In this document: piece by piece, positions 1 to 9,484 of the stretch
Layout of the letters: every line of letters starts with the position of its first letter
Numbering within the stretch: the stretch's first letter is position 1
NCBI GenBank assembly: GCA_965232605.1
Contig: CBDDQA010000006.1
Span: 159,077-223,076 of the forward strand
Source of the DNA: an uncultured Candidatus Binatia bacterium
Lineage (GTDB): Bacteria > Desulfobacterota > Binatia > Bin18
Direction: 5' to 3'
DNA length: 64,000 bases
Made by a program: the position numbers and the translations under genes
The notes under the pieces: generated by a model
Databases searched by the model: none
Told to the model about the DNA's origin: nothing
What the model saw: only the letters and a program-made list of their open reading frames with translations

Positions 1-54
1 TTTATCGAGGACGCGAAGGCGGTGTCCCAAGCGATACAACAATCAACATCATGA
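1..54 (+). CDS. 3' end of an upstream gene (partial). Its stop overlaps the hsdS ATG (ATGA). Genomic context suggests a type I RM methylase subunit (hsdM), but identity is not determinable.
   Basis: Open frame from position 1 ending in TGA at 52-54, overlapping the ATG at 51. Translational-coupling arrangement typical of hsdM-hsdS. Confidence 0.3.
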   Translation, partial: FIEDAKAVSQAIQQSTS

Positions 55-2243
55 CCCGGCAACTCAACGTCAAACCCCGCCACCGGGAACAGCTTACCCG
101 CTTGCTGCACGAGTATCTGCCCGGCGTAGAAGTGTGGGCCTACGGCAGCCGCGTCAACGGCAGAAGCCACGAAGGTAGCGACCTGGACCTGGTATTACGC
201 GCTCCCGGTCTCGCCAAAATCGGCCCCGCGCAACTGGCCGCATTCAACGAAGCAGTGCAGGAATCCACCATCCCCTTTCTCATAGAAGCGCGGGATTGGG
301 CACGGTTGCCGGACAGTTTTCAGCGGGAGATTGAGCGGGAGTATGTGGTGTTGGTGGAGAGGGAGGGGCGGGGTGGAGCGGGTGAGTTGCTTGAAACAAC
401 ATTGGGCGATCTCATCGACATCAAGCATGGCTTTGCCTTCAAAGGCCATGACATTCACGACGAACCATGCGGAGATGTGCTACTAACCCCTGGTAATTTC
501 GCTATTGGTGGGGGATTCAAGGGTGACAAGTTCAAGTACTACGATGGGTCCGTTCCAGAAGAGTTCGTGCTTCACGAAGGTGACTTGCTCGTCACTATGA
601 CTGACCTTAGTAAACAATCGGATACGCTCGGCTATCCAGCATTCGTACCTGCGCTTACGGATGGCCGCCGTTACCTGCATAATCAGCGTCTTGGCAAAAT
701 TTCTCTTAAAGAAAACTCAGAAATAGACCTGAGGTATATCTATTACGTTATGTGTGGCGCAGATTATCGCCACGAGGTACTAGCGAGCGCGACCGGGACC
801 ACTGTCAAGCATACGTCGCCCGACCGGATCAAGCGGTTTCGCTTCCTTCCCGTTCCGTTACCCGAACAGCACACCATCGCCCACATCCTCAGCACCCTTG
901 ACGACAAGATCGAATGCAACCGCCGCATGAACGCCACCCTCGAAGAGATGGCGCGGGTGCTCTTCAAGAGTTGGTTCATCGACTTCGACCCCGTACACGC
1001 CAAAGCCACCCTCCGGCGGCACGCCGCCACCAAAATCACTCCCCCCTTGAGGGGGAGTCGGCAAGCCAAGGGCGCCAGCCCGCCGGCGCGCCGGTGGGGG
1101 GGAATCAGACGCCTCTACTCCCCGCAAACCCTCCAAAAAGCCCACGCCCTGCGCCACAACCAAACCAATGCCGAGGGCCTGCTCTGGTACTACCTCCGCG
1201 CCAAACAACTCGACGGCTACAAATTCCGCCGTCAGCAGCCCATCGGCCCGTATATTGTCGATTTTGCCTGCCTGTCCGAAAAGCTGCTCATCGAACTCGA
1301 CGGCGGCCAACACGCGGAGCGGACAGCCTCCGATGCTCGGCGAGACAGATTTTTACAGAAAAAGGGGTACAGGGTCTTACGCTTTTGGAATCATGAAGTC
1401 TTCGAGAACTGTTTCGGCGTGTTGGAGAGCATTTATGCTGCCCTGCCTCATCACCCTCCCCTGCCTCATCACCCTCCCCTTGAGGGAGGGTCGAAAGACG
1501 CCAGTCTTTCGGGGAGGGGGTCCCCCCCACCGCCTCAGCCGGCGCCTAGCGGCTTGGCTTCTGCGACTCCCCCTCCAGGGGGGAGTGATTGGACGGTTGA
1601 GCGGGCGCGGGCGTATCTGGGCGGGATGGACCCTGGCGTTGCAGCGTTGTTCCCGGATCGTTTTGTGGATTCGGAGTTGGGGGAGATACCGGAGGGGTGG
1701 GAGGTGAAAGCGCTGGGAGAGGAGGTTGAGTTAGCCTACGGCAAAGCCCTGAAAGCAGCAGCACGGAAAGGTGGAGCCATTCCTGTGTACGGCTCAAATG
1801 GCCAGGTCGGTTGGCACGATAAGAAGTTGGCAACGGGACCAGGAATTATTGTCGGACGGAAAGGGAATCCCGGAGTAACCACATGGGTACAAAGTGATTT
1901 CTTTCCCATTGACACGACGTTCTATGTCGTACCCAAGGAAGGCCGACAAAGTCTGTACTTTTTATTCTATGCCCTGGAAAGACAGAGACTTGCAGACCTC
2001 ACTGCTGATTCTGCCGTGCCTGGCTTGAATCGCAATCTGGCCTACATGAACAAGCTGCTCATCCCTGATGGTATGACAATCGAGAGTTTTAACGATTATG
2101 CCAAGACGCTTTTCGCTCGTCGCCATCAGCTAGAGGAAGAATCCCGCACCCTCACCACCCTACGCGACACACTACTGCCGAAGCTCATATCCGGCGAACT
2201 GCGAGTCACGGACACCGAACGTTTCTTGGAATCCATGAATTAA
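51..2243 (+). CDS. hsdS: Type I restriction-modification specificity subunit HsdS with unusual architecture. It has an N-terminal minimal nucleotidyltransferase (MNT-type, GS...DxD) domain, a first target-recognition domain (TRD1), a central conserved region, an in-frame inserted DUF559/Vsr-like endonuclease domain, then TRD2 and the distal conserved region.
   Basis: The translation carries the MNT motif YGSRVNGRSHEGSDLDLVL. HsdS-like TRD and conserved-region motifs are present (LPEQHTIAHILSTLDDKIE...LFKSWFIDFDP and a C-terminal TLLPKLISGEL-type helix). The inserted segment matches the DUF559 consensus (GYKFRRQQPIGPYIVDFACLSEKLLIELDGGQHAE...GYRVLRFWNHEV). It is a single uninterrupted ORF. Confidence 0.85.
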   Translation: MTRQLNVKPRHREQLTRLLHEYLPGVEVWAYGSRVNGRSHEGSDLDLVLRAPGLAKIGPAQLAAFNEAVQESTIPFLIEARDWARLPDSFQREIEREYVVLVEREGRGGAGELLETTLGDLIDIKHGFAFKGHDIHDEPCGDVLLTPGNFAIGGGFKGDKFKYYDGSVPEEFVLHEGDLLVTMTDLSKQSDTLGYPAFVPALTDGRRYLHNQRLGKISLKENSEIDLRYIYYVMCGADYRHEVLASATGTTVKHTSPDRIKRFRFLPVPLPEQHTIAHILSTLDDKIECNRRMNATLEEMARVLFKSWFIDFDPVHAKATLRRHAATKITPPLRGSRQAKGASPPARRWGGIRRLYSPQTLQKAHALRHNQTNAEGLLWYYLRAKQLDGYKFRRQQPIGPYIVDFACLSEKLLIELDGGQHAERTASDARRDRFLQKKGYRVLRFWNHEVFENCFGVLESIYAALPHHPPLPHHPPLEGGSKDASLSGRGSPPPPQPAPSGLASATPPPGGSDWTVERARAYLGGMDPGVAALFPDRFVDSELGEIPEGWEVKALGEEVELAYGKALKAAARKGGAIPVYGSNGQVGWHDKKLATGPGIIVGRKGNPGVTTWVQSDFFPIDTTFYVVPKEGRQSLYFLFYALERQRLADLTADSAVPGLNRNLAYMNKLLIPDGMTIESFNDYAKTLFARRHQLEEESRTLTTLRDTLLPKLISGELRVTDTERFLESMN
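1038..1059. repeat. Perfect palindrome (ACTCCCCCC TTGA GGGGGGAGT-like) at the left border of the DUF559 insertion inside hsdS.
   Basis: Inverted repeat read directly from the sequence. A related copy lies at ~1566-1587. Confidence 0.6.
1444..1491. repeat. Two tandem 18-bp repeats (ctgcctcatcaccctccc x2, encoding PHHPPL PHHPPL) followed by a palindrome (CCCTCCCC TTGA GGGAGGG) at the right border of the DUF559 insertion.
   Basis: Direct tandem repeat and inverted repeat visible in the sequence. Confidence 0.6.
1566..1587. repeat. Second palindrome (ACTCCCCC TCCA GGGGGGAGT), a partner of the one at 1038-1059.
   Basis: Inverted repeat in the sequence. It encodes a Pro/Gly-rich linker in the hsdS frame. 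Confidence 0.55.
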
Positions 2244-2402
2244 AAGACTGATAGCGCCTATAAGAATACGCATTCAAGCAAGGGCAATAGAAGCATCTGA
2301 CTCTGCGAAATTCCGCGCCCACCTGCCCCGAATCCACCGTCGAAACAACATCCAGCATCGTCTATACTGGCCCGTTATCGTTTGGTTGTCGGAGGTGTAA
2401 CC

Positions 2403-2672
2403 GTGGAAATTTCCAAACCCCAGCGTATATGGACCGTAGCCGAAGCGAAGGCCCACCTGTCGGAAATTTTGCGGCTGGCCGAAGAGGAGGGGCCGCAGTA
2501 TATCGGTAAGAGAAACACTTTCGTCGTGGTGCCCAAACGACTGTGGCAAAAGCAATCGCCGCCGCGCAAGCCCTTTGGCCAGTGGCTCATTGAGAACGTA
2601 CCACGCGGTACCAATCTTGAGGTTTCGGACCGGCGCTCCAATCGCCCGATTCCCTTCATTGACATTGAGTAA
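2403..2672 (+). CDS. Orphan Phd/YefM-family antitoxin-like protein sitting between hsdS and hsdR. No cognate toxin is adjacent.
   Basis: The N-terminal motif VEISKPQRIWTVAEAKAHLSEILRLAEEEGPQYIGKRNTFVVVP resembles Phd/YefM antitoxins. A GGAGG RBS lies 6 nt upstream of the GTG at ~2403. The tracked ORF starts at the ATG at 2382. Confidence 0.5.
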   Translation: MEISKPQRIWTVAEAKAHLSEILRLAEEEGPQYIGKRNTFVVVPKRLWQKQSPPRKPFGQWLIENVPRGTNLEVSDRRSNRPIPFIDIE

Positions 2673-2765
2673 ATTGTTCAGCTATTTCCGGCCCCAGGCG
2701 GAAGATTTGGCCCGGCGCTTGTTGGAGCCACGCTGATTGAAACCCGTTGAGGACTGGCTGAAAAC

Positions 2766-5700
2766 ATGACCGCCTTCACCGAATCCACTGTCGAAGACGC
2801 CACCCTGACCTGGCTCGAAAGCCTCGGCTGGAACATCGCCCACGGGCCGGACACCGCGCCCGATACGCTGGGCGCGGAGCGTGGCGACTACGGAACGGTG
2901 GTGCTGGAACGGCGGCTGCGCGATGCTCTCGTCCGACTCAACCCCACCCTGCCGTCCGAAGCCCTGGACGACGCTTTTCGGAAGCTGACCCACCCGGAAG
3001 GACCAACGCTCGAAGCCCGTAACCGCGCCTTTCACCGGATGCTCGTGGATGGCGTAACGGTGGAGCGGCGTACAGATGACGGGACGGTCCGTGGGGCGCA
3101 GGCGCGAGTGATCGACTTTGATACGCCCGTCAATAACGACTGGCTGGCGGTCAATCAGTTTACGGTTGTTGAGAACAAGCACGAACGCCGGCCCGATGTG
3201 GTGCTGTTCGTCAATGGCCTGCCGCTCGGAGTGGTCGAACTCAAGAACCCGGCGGACGAAGACGCAACCATCTGGACCGCCTGGCAACAACTCCAGACCT
3301 ATAAGGCCGAACTGCCGACGCTGTTCAGCATGAACGCGGCCCTGTTGGTCTCGGACGGAGTTGAAGCGCGCATTGGCACGCTGACCGCCGGGCGGGAGTG
3401 GTTCAAGCCCTGGCGCACAATCTCGGGCGAAACCCTGGCCGACCCGCACCTGCCCCAATTGCAGGTCATGCTCGAAGGCGTGTGCCGACCGGGACGCTTT
3501 CTTTCGCTGATCCGCGACTTCATTGTGTTCGAGGATGACGGCAGCGGGGCATTGGTCAAGAAAATGGCCGGCTATCACCAGTTCCACGCGGTCAGGGTTG
3601 CCGTGACCGAGACGCTACGGGCTACAGAAGTGGAATTGGCGGAAGGCCGGATTTCCAGTGGGTTTGGCCGCTACGAGTCGGGCCGCAAACCGGGCGGCGA
3701 GCCCGGCGACCGGCGTATCGGCGTGGTGTGGCACACGCAGGGATCGGGCAAGAGCCTGACCATGGCCTTCTATGCCGGACGCATCATCCGTGAGCCGGCG
3801 ATGCAGAATCCGACCATCGTGATGCTGACCGACCGCAACGACCTGGACGACCAACTTTTCGGTACGTTCGCGCGTTGCCAGGACCTGTTGCGCCAGCCGC
3901 CGGTGCAAGCGGCAAGCCGGGCCGACCTGCGCGCCAAGCTCGCAGTCGAGTCGGGCGGCGTGGTCTTTACGACCATTCAGAAGTTCTTTCCTGATGAAGA
4001 GGGTGACCGACATCCGGTCCTGTCGGAGCGGCGCAATATCGTGGTCATTGCCGATGAGGCCCACCGCAGCCAGTACGACTTCATCGACGGCTATGCGCGG
4101 CATATGCGGGACGCCCTGCCCCACGCCTCGTTTGTCGGTTTCACCGGCACGCCGATTGAGTTGCAGGACGCCAACACCCGAGCCGTGTTTGGCGACTATA
4201 TCAGCATCTACGACATCCAGCGCGCGGTCGAGGACAAAGCGACCGTGCCGATCTATTACGAGAGTCGGCTGGCCAAACTGACGTTGGACGAGAACGAGCG
4301 GCCGAGGATCGATCCCGACTTCGAGGACGCAACCGAGGGCGAGGAGATCGCTCGTCAGGAAAGGCTCAAAACCAAATGGGCGCAACTCGAGGCGATTGTC
4401 GGCACGGAAAAGCGTGTGCAGCTCATCGCCCAGGATATCGTTACCCACTTCGAGCGGCGCCTGGAAGCGCTCGACGGCAAGGCCCTGGTCGTCTGCATGA
4501 GCCGGCGCATCTGTATCGAGCTGTACCGTGAACTGGTGCGGCTGCGCCCGGACTGGCATCGGGAGGAAGACGACCAGGGACAGATCAAAGTCGTGATGAC
4601 CGGTTCGGCATCCGACCCTCCCAACTGGCAGCCGCATATCCGCACCAAGTCGCAGCGCGAGGCCCTGGCAAAACGCTTCCGTTCCCCCGGCGACCCGCTC
4701 CGCCTGGTGCTGGTACGCGACATGTGGCTGACCGGCTTTGACGCGCCGAGCCTGCACACCATGTATGTGGACAAGCCCATGCGCGGCCACGGCCTGATGC
4801 AGGCCATCGCCAGGGTCAACCGGGTGTTCCGGGACAAGCCGGGCGGGCTGGTGGTGGACTACCTGGGGCTGGCGCAGGAATTGAAACGCGCGCTGACAAC
4901 CTACACCGAGAGCGGCGGCAGCGGAGGAACCGCATTCGACCAGGAGCAGGCGGTAGAGGTGATGATGGAGAAGTATGAGGTCTGTTGCGACCTGCTCCAC
5001 GGCTTTGACCGCTCGCAGTGGAGCACCGGCGCGCCAACGGAACGGCTGGCCCTGTTGCCGGCGGCGCAGGAACACATCCTGGCCCAGGAGAACGGCAAGG
5101 AGCGTTATCTTGTTGCCGTACGGGAGCTGTCTCAGGCATTTGCCCTGGCCGTCCCGCATGAAGCCGCGTTGCACATTCGGGACGAGGTCGCATTCTTTCA
5201 GGCCGTCCGGTCGGTCCTCGCCAAGCGAGCGCCCGGGGATACCCGTCCCGAGGAAGAGTTGGACCACGCGGTACGCCAGATCGTTTCGCGCGCCGTGGCC
5301 TCGGAAGGGGTGCTCGACATCTTCTCCGCCGCCGGGCTGGAGAAACCCGATATCTCGGTTCTGTCGGATGAATTCCTGGCCGAGGTGCGGGACATGCCGC
5401 AGCGCAACCTCGCGGTCGAACTGTTGCAGAAATTGTTGAAAGGTGAACTCGCCGTCCGCCGCCGGAAAAACCTTGTCCAGGCACGGTCGTTCGCCGAAAT
5501 GCTGGAACACACCCTGCGGCGCTATCAGAACCGGGCCGTTGAAGCCGCGCAGGTGATAGAAGAACTGATTCAACTCGCCCAGGAGTTGCGCGAGGCCAGC
5601 GCGCGGGGCGAAAAACTCGGCCTGTCGGAAGACGAGGTCGCGTTCTATGACGCGCTCGAAACAAATGACAGTGCGGTTCAGGTGCTCGGCGATGAAACCC

Positions 5701-5906
5701 TGCGCGATATCGCCCGTGAATTGGTGCAAACCGTGCGTAATAACGTCACCATTGACTGGACGCGGCGCGAGAATGTCCGCGCCAACCTGCGCCGCCTGGT
5801 TAAGCGCATTCTGCGCAAGCACGGTTATCCGCCTGACAAGCAGGAACGAGCGACCCGGACCGTACTGGAACAGGCCGAGGTGCTGTCCGCCGGCTGGGCG
5901 GTTTAA
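2766..5906 (+). CDS. hsdR: Type I restriction enzyme R subunit (HsdR), an SF2 helicase/endonuclease.
   Basis: Canonical HsdR N-terminus ([29 protein letters not shown]), Walker A motif GSGKSLT, DEAH box [11 protein letters not shown]. Length 1046 aa. Confidence 0.95.
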   Translation: MTAFTESTVEDATLTWLESLGWNIAHGPDTAPDTLGAERGDYGTVVLERRLRDALVRLNPTLPSEALDDAFRKLTHPEGPTLEARNRAFHRMLVDGVTVERRTDDGTVRGAQARVIDFDTPVNNDWLAVNQFTVVENKHERRPDVVLFVNGLPLGVVELKNPADEDATIWTAWQQLQTYKAELPTLFSMNAALLVSDGVEARIGTLTAGREWFKPWRTISGETLADPHLPQLQVMLEGVCRPGRFLSLIRDFIVFEDDGSGALVKKMAGYHQFHAVRVAVTETLRATEVELAEGRISSGFGRYESGRKPGGEPGDRRIGVVWHTQGSGKSLTMAFYAGRIIREPAMQNPTIVMLTDRNDLDDQLFGTFARCQDLLRQPPVQAASRADLRAKLAVESGGVVFTTIQKFFPDEEGDRHPVLSERRNIVVIADEAHRSQYDFIDGYARHMRDALPHASFVGFTGTPIELQDANTRAVFGDYISIYDIQRAVEDKATVPIYYESRLAKLTLDENERPRIDPDFEDATEGEEIARQERLKTKWAQLEAIVGTEKRVQLIAQDIVTHFERRLEALDGKALVVCMSRRICIELYRELVRLRPDWHREEDDQGQIKVVMTGSASDPPNWQPHIRTKSQREALAKRFRSPGDPLRLVLVRDMWLTGFDAPSLHTMYVDKPMRGHGLMQAIARVNRVFRDKPGGLVVDYLGLAQELKRALTTYTESGGSGGTAFDQEQAVEVMMEKYEVCCDLLHGFDRSQWSTGAPTERLALLPAAQEHILAQENGKERYLVAVRELSQAFALAVPHEAALHIRDEVAFFQAVRSVLAKRAPGDTRPEEELDHAVRQIVSRAVASEGVLDIFSAAGLEKPDISVLSDEFLAEVRDMPQRNLAVELLQKLLKGELAVRRRKNLVQARSFAEMLEHTLRRYQNRAVEAAQVIEELIQLAQELREASARGEKLGLSEDEVAFYDALETNDSAVQVLGDETLRDIARELVQTVRNNVTIDWTRRENVRANLRRLVKRILRKHGYPPDKQERATRTVLEQAEVLSAGWAV

Positions 5907-5934
5907 CCGGAGGCCGGTCGTCTCAAGAAAGTTC

Positions 5935-6033
5935 TCCTTGACCCCCGGATATAAACGCGCGATGGTGCCGAAACTGACACAGGCGGGGAGAAGCCAATGA
6001 CCACGGTCGGCACGGGCAAGATGGTCGGCGCCC
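5935..6033. repeat. Copy 1 of a ~99-bp direct repeat (~92% identical to 6998-7096). The repeat unit is the promoter/RBS/first 12 codons of the coxL-like gene.
   Basis: ccttgacccccggatataaacgcgcgatggtgcc...agccaATGaccacggtcggcacgggcaagatggtcggcgcc is present at both loci. Confidence 0.8.
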
Positions 6034-6090
6034 TGGCCTGGCTTGAAAGCCTCGGCTGGCGTATCGCTCACAGTTTCGATATCGCTTGGT
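6034..6090 (+). pseudogene. Fragment homologous to the 5' end of hsdR (LAWLESLGWRIAH), fused in frame to the duplicated coxL start. Forms a chimeric 31-codon ORF (5998-6090).
   Basis: Nucleotide similarity to hsdR positions ~2803-2850. Confidence 0.6.
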
Positions 6091-6127
6091 AACGCGGTCC
6101 GCTTGAAGTGAGGACAACAGGGTCATA

Positions 6128-6520
6128 TCACGCGGCAAGAACGTTGATATCTCGGCACTCGATCAGGCGCTGGTCCGCCGTGACAAGGGTCAGATCGAAT
6201 GTCTTTGCAGTGGCGGCGATGAGACGGTCCGCGGGGTCGCGATGCGGAAGATTGATGGACGCGCTCCCCAGCACCACATCCATCGTGAGGGGAATTTCTG
6301 AGACCGGACTTGCGGACATGGCCTTGCGCAACCATCTCGGCCCGTCCGGTTCCAGGACAAGCCGCCCCCGCTCGGCCAGCAGCAGAGTCTCCCACAAGCT
6401 GATAGACGCAAGGCGTAGCGCCGTCCCGCGCGCGGTGAGGGTGTCACGCACTGTGATTGAGAGCCGGTCCGGGTCAAGCAGACTCCAGAGCCAAATATGC
6501 GTATCAAGAAGTAGCGACAT
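6128..6520 (-). CDS. vapC: PIN-domain toxin VapC.
   Basis: LLDTHIWLW...D...TAD PIN acidic-residue pattern. 130 aa. Start overlaps the vapB stop. Confidence 0.9.
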   Translation of the reverse strand: MSLLLDTHIWLWSLLDPDRLSITVRDTLTARGTALRLASISLWETLLLAERGRLVLEPDGPRWLRKAMSASPVSEIPLTMDVVLGSASINLPHRDPADRLIAATAKTFDLTLVTADQRLIECRDINVLAA

Positions 6521-6781
6521 TTACGGGCTTGTCTTCCCAGGGCTATCGACCAAAACCTCCCAGTCGTCCGGCGCGGCGGCGGGCTCGACGAGGTCGCCGA
6601 TGATGGCGCCCCGTCTCCGCATGGCACCCAACCAGGCGTCGGAGGGAGCCTTTGTCGGAGGGATGACCTCGGCGACCGGCTTGCCAAAACGGGTTATCAG
6701 GACCGGCTGTCCCGTTCTGCCAACACGGTCAAGGACGGCCAGGCAGGTGGCCTTGAATTTCGAAATTTGAATTTCTTCCAT
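6521..6781 (-). CDS. vapB: Phd/YefM-type antitoxin VapB.
   Basis: MEEIQISKFKATCLAVLDRVGRTGQPVLITRFGKPVAEVIPP. 86 aa, abutting vapC. The longer tracked ORF (6521-7060) is an artefactual upstream extension. Confidence 0.8.
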   Translation of the reverse strand: MEEIQISKFKATCLAVLDRVGRTGQPVLITRFGKPVAEVIPPTKAPSDAWLGAMRRRGAIIGDLVEPAAAPDDWEVLVDSPGKTSP

Positions 6782-6852
6782 GATCGAATCGTACCATGGT
6801 ATCAGACCATGGTCTATTACTTCGGTCATCAGCATTATGAGGGCTGGTTGAA

Positions 6853-6990
6853 CACATGACCGGATTTGCCGAATCCACCGTCGAAACCGCCGCCCTAGCC
6901 TGGCTCGAAAATCTCCGCCCACGAACTGGACCATGCCCGATACGCTAGGCGCAGAGCGTGGTGAATACGGAATGGTGGTGCTGGAACGAC
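6853..6990 (+). pseudogene. Decayed second copy of the hsdR 5' end (MTGFAESTVETAALAWLENL...[17 protein letters not shown]) carrying internal deletions.
   Basis: Alignable by eye to hsdR nt ~2766-2910. No intact downstream ORF. Confidence 0.65.
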
Positions 6991-6997
6991 CATGAGC

Positions 6998-7096
6998 GCC
7001 TTGACCCCCGGATATAAACGCGCGATGGTGCCGGAACTGCCACAGTCGGAGGGAAGCCAATGACCACGGTCGGCACGGGCAAAATGGTCGGCGCCC
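6998..7096. repeat. Copy 2 of the ~99-bp direct repeat. This is the functional coxL-like promoter/RBS/start.
   Basis: See copy 1 (5935-6033). Confidence 0.8.
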
Positions 7097-9441
7097 AGGT
7101 GAAACGGGTCGAAGACCCGCGGGTGCTGTTGGGTCACAGCCAGTATGTCGATGATATCCACCTGCCCGGCGCCCTCGGGGTCGCGTTTGTCCGCAGCCCC
7201 TACCCGCATGCCCGGCTGCTCACGGTCGATGTCAGCGCCGCTCAAGCGTCTCCAGGGGTAGAGGCGGTCTTGACCGGGGCGGATGTGACCCAGGCGATCC
7301 GCCCCCTGCGCGTGGAGTATGATCCGGCCAAGGCCCCGAAACATAAACCGTGCAACTGGTCGGTGTTAGCCCAGGGCAAGGTTCGCTTCGTGGGAGAACC
7401 GGTGGCGGTCGTTGTCGCCTCGGACCGCTACACGGCAGAGGATGCCGCGGCTGGCGTGACAGTCGAGTATGAGCCCCTGGAGGTTGTGCGCGATATCGAA
7501 CAGGCCATGCAGCCGGACGCCCCGCTCATCCATGAGGAATGGGGCGACAATCTCATGCAGACGGTGGACATGCAGGCCGGCGCGATTGCCCAGGCTTTTC
7601 AGGCGGCAGATTGCATCGTGGCCGAGCGCTTTGCGACCGGTCGGCATGTGGCGCTGCCCATGGAAGCCCGTGGCTGTCTGGCCCACTATGAGCCGGCTTC
7701 AGGCTCCCTGACACTGTGGTCCTCGACCCAGGTGCCGCATCTGATGCGGGCTCACCTGGCCCGCCTGCTCGACTTTCCCGAGCACCATATTCGGGTCATC
7801 GCCCCGGATGTCGGCGGGGGGTTCGGACCCAAAGCCTACGTCTATCCCGAGGAAGTCCTGCTGACCTTTCTTGCCAAGCATATCGGCCGCCCGGTCAAGT
7901 GGATCGAAGACCGACGCGAAAACCTGTCCGCCTCGACCTTGCAGGCCAAGCAGCAAGTCGTGCAGGCGGAACTCGCCCTGACCAGGGAGGGGACTATCCT
8001 GGGGGTGAGGGGGCGTTTTATCTGCGACGTGGGGGCCTACTCGGCCTATCCGTGGGGCTCTGCCCTGGAGGCCGGCATGGCGGCTTCGGCCTTCCCAGGA
8101 GGCCCCTATAAGGTCCCGGCCTTCCGCTGCGAGGCCCTGTCGGTTGTGACTAACAAGACCACGAGTGGGGCCTATCGTGGGGTGGGTTTGCCGGTCAGCA
8201 TTCTGGTCATGGAACGCCTGCTCGACCTGGGGGCACAGAAACTGGGGCTCGACCCGGTCGAGCTGCGCCTGCGTAATATGATCCGCAAGGAGGAACATCC
8301 CTATCAGACCATCACCGGGGTTGAGATCGAAAGCGGCAGCCACCGGGAGGCTCTGCAAAAGGCCCTGGGCATGCTCGACTACCCGGCTTTCCGGGCCGAG
8401 CAGCAACAGGCGAGACAACATGGGCGCTACCTCGGCGTTGGCCTGGGCTGTTATGTCGAGAGCTCGTCCTACAGCTATCGCAGTTTTGAGCCGGTCGGCA
8501 TCACCTGGGGCGGCTATGAATCGGCTACCGTACGCATAGACGCAAACGGCAAGGTCACCGTCCTGGTCGGCACCCACTCGCACGGCCAGGGCCATGAGAC
8601 GACGTTTGCCCAGGTTGCGGCGGACGAGCTGGGTGTGCCCGTGGCTGACGTCAGGGTGATTCAGGGAGATACCACGACCGTTCCGCACGGCTGGGGAACG
8701 TGGGCCAGCCGCAGTGCCGTGCTCGGCGGCGGCGCCATTATTCAGGCGTCGAGCCAGTTGCGGGAGAAAATTCTGCGCACGGCCTCACGCCTGAGCGAAG
8801 TGCCGCAAGATGACCTTGAACTGGCCGAGGGATTAGTCCGGCGCAAGACGGATAGCCTGGTACTCATGCCGTTGCAGGACATCGCTCACCTGCTGGTTGT
8901 CCAGGCACCGGCAGGTCTACCGGAAGACGAAGAACCGGGTTTGGAGGCAACTGCGCACTACACCCCACCGCCCTGGACCCACGCCAACGCCACGGTTGTG
9001 GCGACGGTCGAGGTGGATATCGAAACCGGCTCCGTCCGGCTGCTGCGGCTGATTGTGGTCGAAGACTGCGGCACAATAATCAACCCGTTGGTGGTTGACG
9101 GACAGATCCAGGGCGGCGTGGCTCAGGGCATCGGATCGGCCCTGTACGAGCAGACGGTGTACGACGAGAACGGCCAACTGCTGACGGGGACGCTGATGGA
9201 CTATCTGGCTCCCACCGCGGTGGACGTTCCTCGGGTCGAAATCGGACATATCGAAACCCCAGCGCCGAACACGCCGCGCGGCATCAAGGGCATGGGCGAA
9301 GGCGGAGCCATTTCACCGCCGGCAGCCATAGCCAACGCCGTGGCGGACGCCCTGGCACCGTTGGGGGTACGGGTCAACGAGATTCCGCTCACCCCGGAGC
9401 GGGTTCTGGTCCTGATCGACCAGGCACGCCAGGGGGCGTGA
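7060..9441 (+). CDS. Xanthine dehydrogenase family molybdopterin-binding large subunit (CoxL/aerobic CO dehydrogenase-like). No adjacent medium or small subunits.
   Basis: N-terminus MTTVGTGKMVGAQVKRVEDPRVLLG and C-terminal GMGEGG motif. 793 aa. Confidence 0.9.
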   Translation: MTTVGTGKMVGAQVKRVEDPRVLLGHSQYVDDIHLPGALGVAFVRSPYPHARLLTVDVSAAQASPGVEAVLTGADVTQAIRPLRVEYDPAKAPKHKPCNWSVLAQGKVRFVGEPVAVVVASDRYTAEDAAAGVTVEYEPLEVVRDIEQAMQPDAPLIHEEWGDNLMQTVDMQAGAIAQAFQAADCIVAERFATGRHVALPMEARGCLAHYEPASGSLTLWSSTQVPHLMRAHLARLLDFPEHHIRVIAPDVGGGFGPKAYVYPEEVLLTFLAKHIGRPVKWIEDRRENLSASTLQAKQQVVQAELALTREGTILGVRGRFICDVGAYSAYPWGSALEAGMAASAFPGGPYKVPAFRCEALSVVTNKTTSGAYRGVGLPVSILVMERLLDLGAQKLGLDPVELRLRNMIRKEEHPYQTITGVEIESGSHREALQKALGMLDYPAFRAEQQQARQHGRYLGVGLGCYVESSSYSYRSFEPVGITWGGYESATVRIDANGKVTVLVGTHSHGQGHETTFAQVAADELGVPVADVRVIQGDTTTVPHGWGTWASRSAVLGGGAIIQASSQLREKILRTASRLSEVPQDDLELAEGLVRRKTDSLVLMPLQDIAHLLVVQAPAGLPEDEEPGLEATAHYTPPPWTHANATVVATVEVDIETGSVRLLRLIVVEDCGTIINPLVVDGQIQGGVAQGIGSALYEQTVYDENGQLLTGTLMDYLAPTAVDVPRVEIGHIETPAPNTPRGIKGMGEGGAISPPAAIANAVADALAPLGVRVNEIPLTPERVLVLIDQARQGA

Positions 9442-9484
9442 GACCGGCAAAACAGAGGAGCAGCCTCGGGTCTGAGTCCGCTCA

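Noticed and set aside
3615-6071. 818-aa minus-strand ORF (and 4816-5664, 282 aa) antisense to hsdR.
   Set aside because: Arg/Pro/Ala-rich low-complexity translation typical of antisense frames in high-GC DNA. Fully overlapped by a confidently identified hsdR.
6782-7060. Upstream extension of the vapB ORF (179-aa version).
   Set aside because: Antitoxin homology starts at the internal Met (MEEIQ...). The extension runs through the hsdR remnant and repeat.
5907-7060. Transposase or IS element mediating the vapBC insertion.
   Set aside because: No transposase ORF or terminal inverted repeats. The rearrangement is better explained by homologous recombination between duplicated segments.
7699-8688. 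329-aa minus-strand ORF inside the coxL-like gene.
   Set aside because: Antisense high-GC artefact. No motifs.
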